From positions 1-17,262 of the forward strand of contig NW_021824902.1 in assembly GCF_006345805.1 (NCBI RefSeq): a stretch of DNA of 17,262 nt, in the 5' to 3' direction. The stretch is from Octopus sinensis (taxonomy: Eukaryota). A program made the position numbers and the translations under genes. Each line of letters opens with the position of its first letter. Within the stretch, counting starts at the first letter, position 1. The notes under the pieces were generated by a model. That model was not told the origin of the DNA. It searched no databases and worked only from the letters and a program-made list of their open reading frames with translations. This document shows, one piece after another, positions 16,766 to 17,262 of the stretch.

Positions 16766-17262
16766 TCGAAACCATTTTTAACAAAGATACTTGGCAAAGC
16801 CAACGTTAGCAAAAACACAATTCAACACAATTCTACATAATTCTTCCGAATTTCATTCCCGAAGTTTCCACTCAATTCTTATGGTTTCGTAATTGTTTGA
16901 TCACGTGACTGCACACCGAATCCATGAATGGCGTATGTCGTCACCTTTCATTTCGAGATGTCAAGTTGTTATTAATTTCAGATAGCGCACAAATGATAAT
17001 GACATATTTCATATATAAATCAATATTAAATTCATATTAGCATTTATATAGATTGCTAATTCCGACTGCTTCATCATCGAAATTATTCAAGACGTAAATC
17101 TTTGACATTTTCCGAAATCTAAAAAGTTATATAATAATTTTTTGGCTCATTTATTTTTCAGTTTTAGCAGATTGGCATAAATTATGTTGTTGTGTGTTGC
17201 GCGCGTATATACATACACACACATATATATATATACACATATATATACATACATATATATAT

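Noticed and set aside
16901-16908. TCACGTGA E-box-like palindromes (also 1625-1632)
   Set aside because: Short motifs are expected by chance, and no promoter context is supported.
1-17262. CRISPR array or prokaryotic operon
   Set aside because: No regularly spaced repeat-spacer structure and no long intact ORFs; the window is eukaryotic repeat-rich DNA.

Overview
Eukaryotic, almost entirely repeat-derived DNA with no recognisable host gene, rRNA, true tRNA or CRISPR array. The SINE families and dense (TA)n/(CA)n/(CATA)n tracts resemble what I recall of octopus (coleoid cephalopod) genomes; this is an inference, not a database result. Contents: (i) about 20 tRNA-derived SINE copies or fragments in four modular head/body/tail combinations (labelled A-D here); (ii) four decayed 3' fragments of an R4/Dong-like non-LTR retrotransposon (CCHC knuckle + restriction-like PD-(D/E) endonuclease); (iii) a 196-bp TA-flanked MITE-like element; (iv) several short elements in (TA)n tracts that look like Penelope-like element (PLE) termini. 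The main result is that three of these termini carry complete minimal type I hammerhead ribozyme folds with three different 3-8 core pairs: C3-G8 (9899-9933, -), U3-A8 (10483-10530, +, mirrored at 10114-10161, -) and G3-C8 (13195-13244, -). The U3-A8 pair of copies sits in a ~500-bp near-perfect palindrome with a duplicated hairpin tip. A fourth family forms an 812-nt partial tandem (retrozyme/pseudo-LTR-like) with an atypical hammerhead-like core. Most supplied ORFs are microsatellite artefacts. All folds were paired by eye and none is tested.
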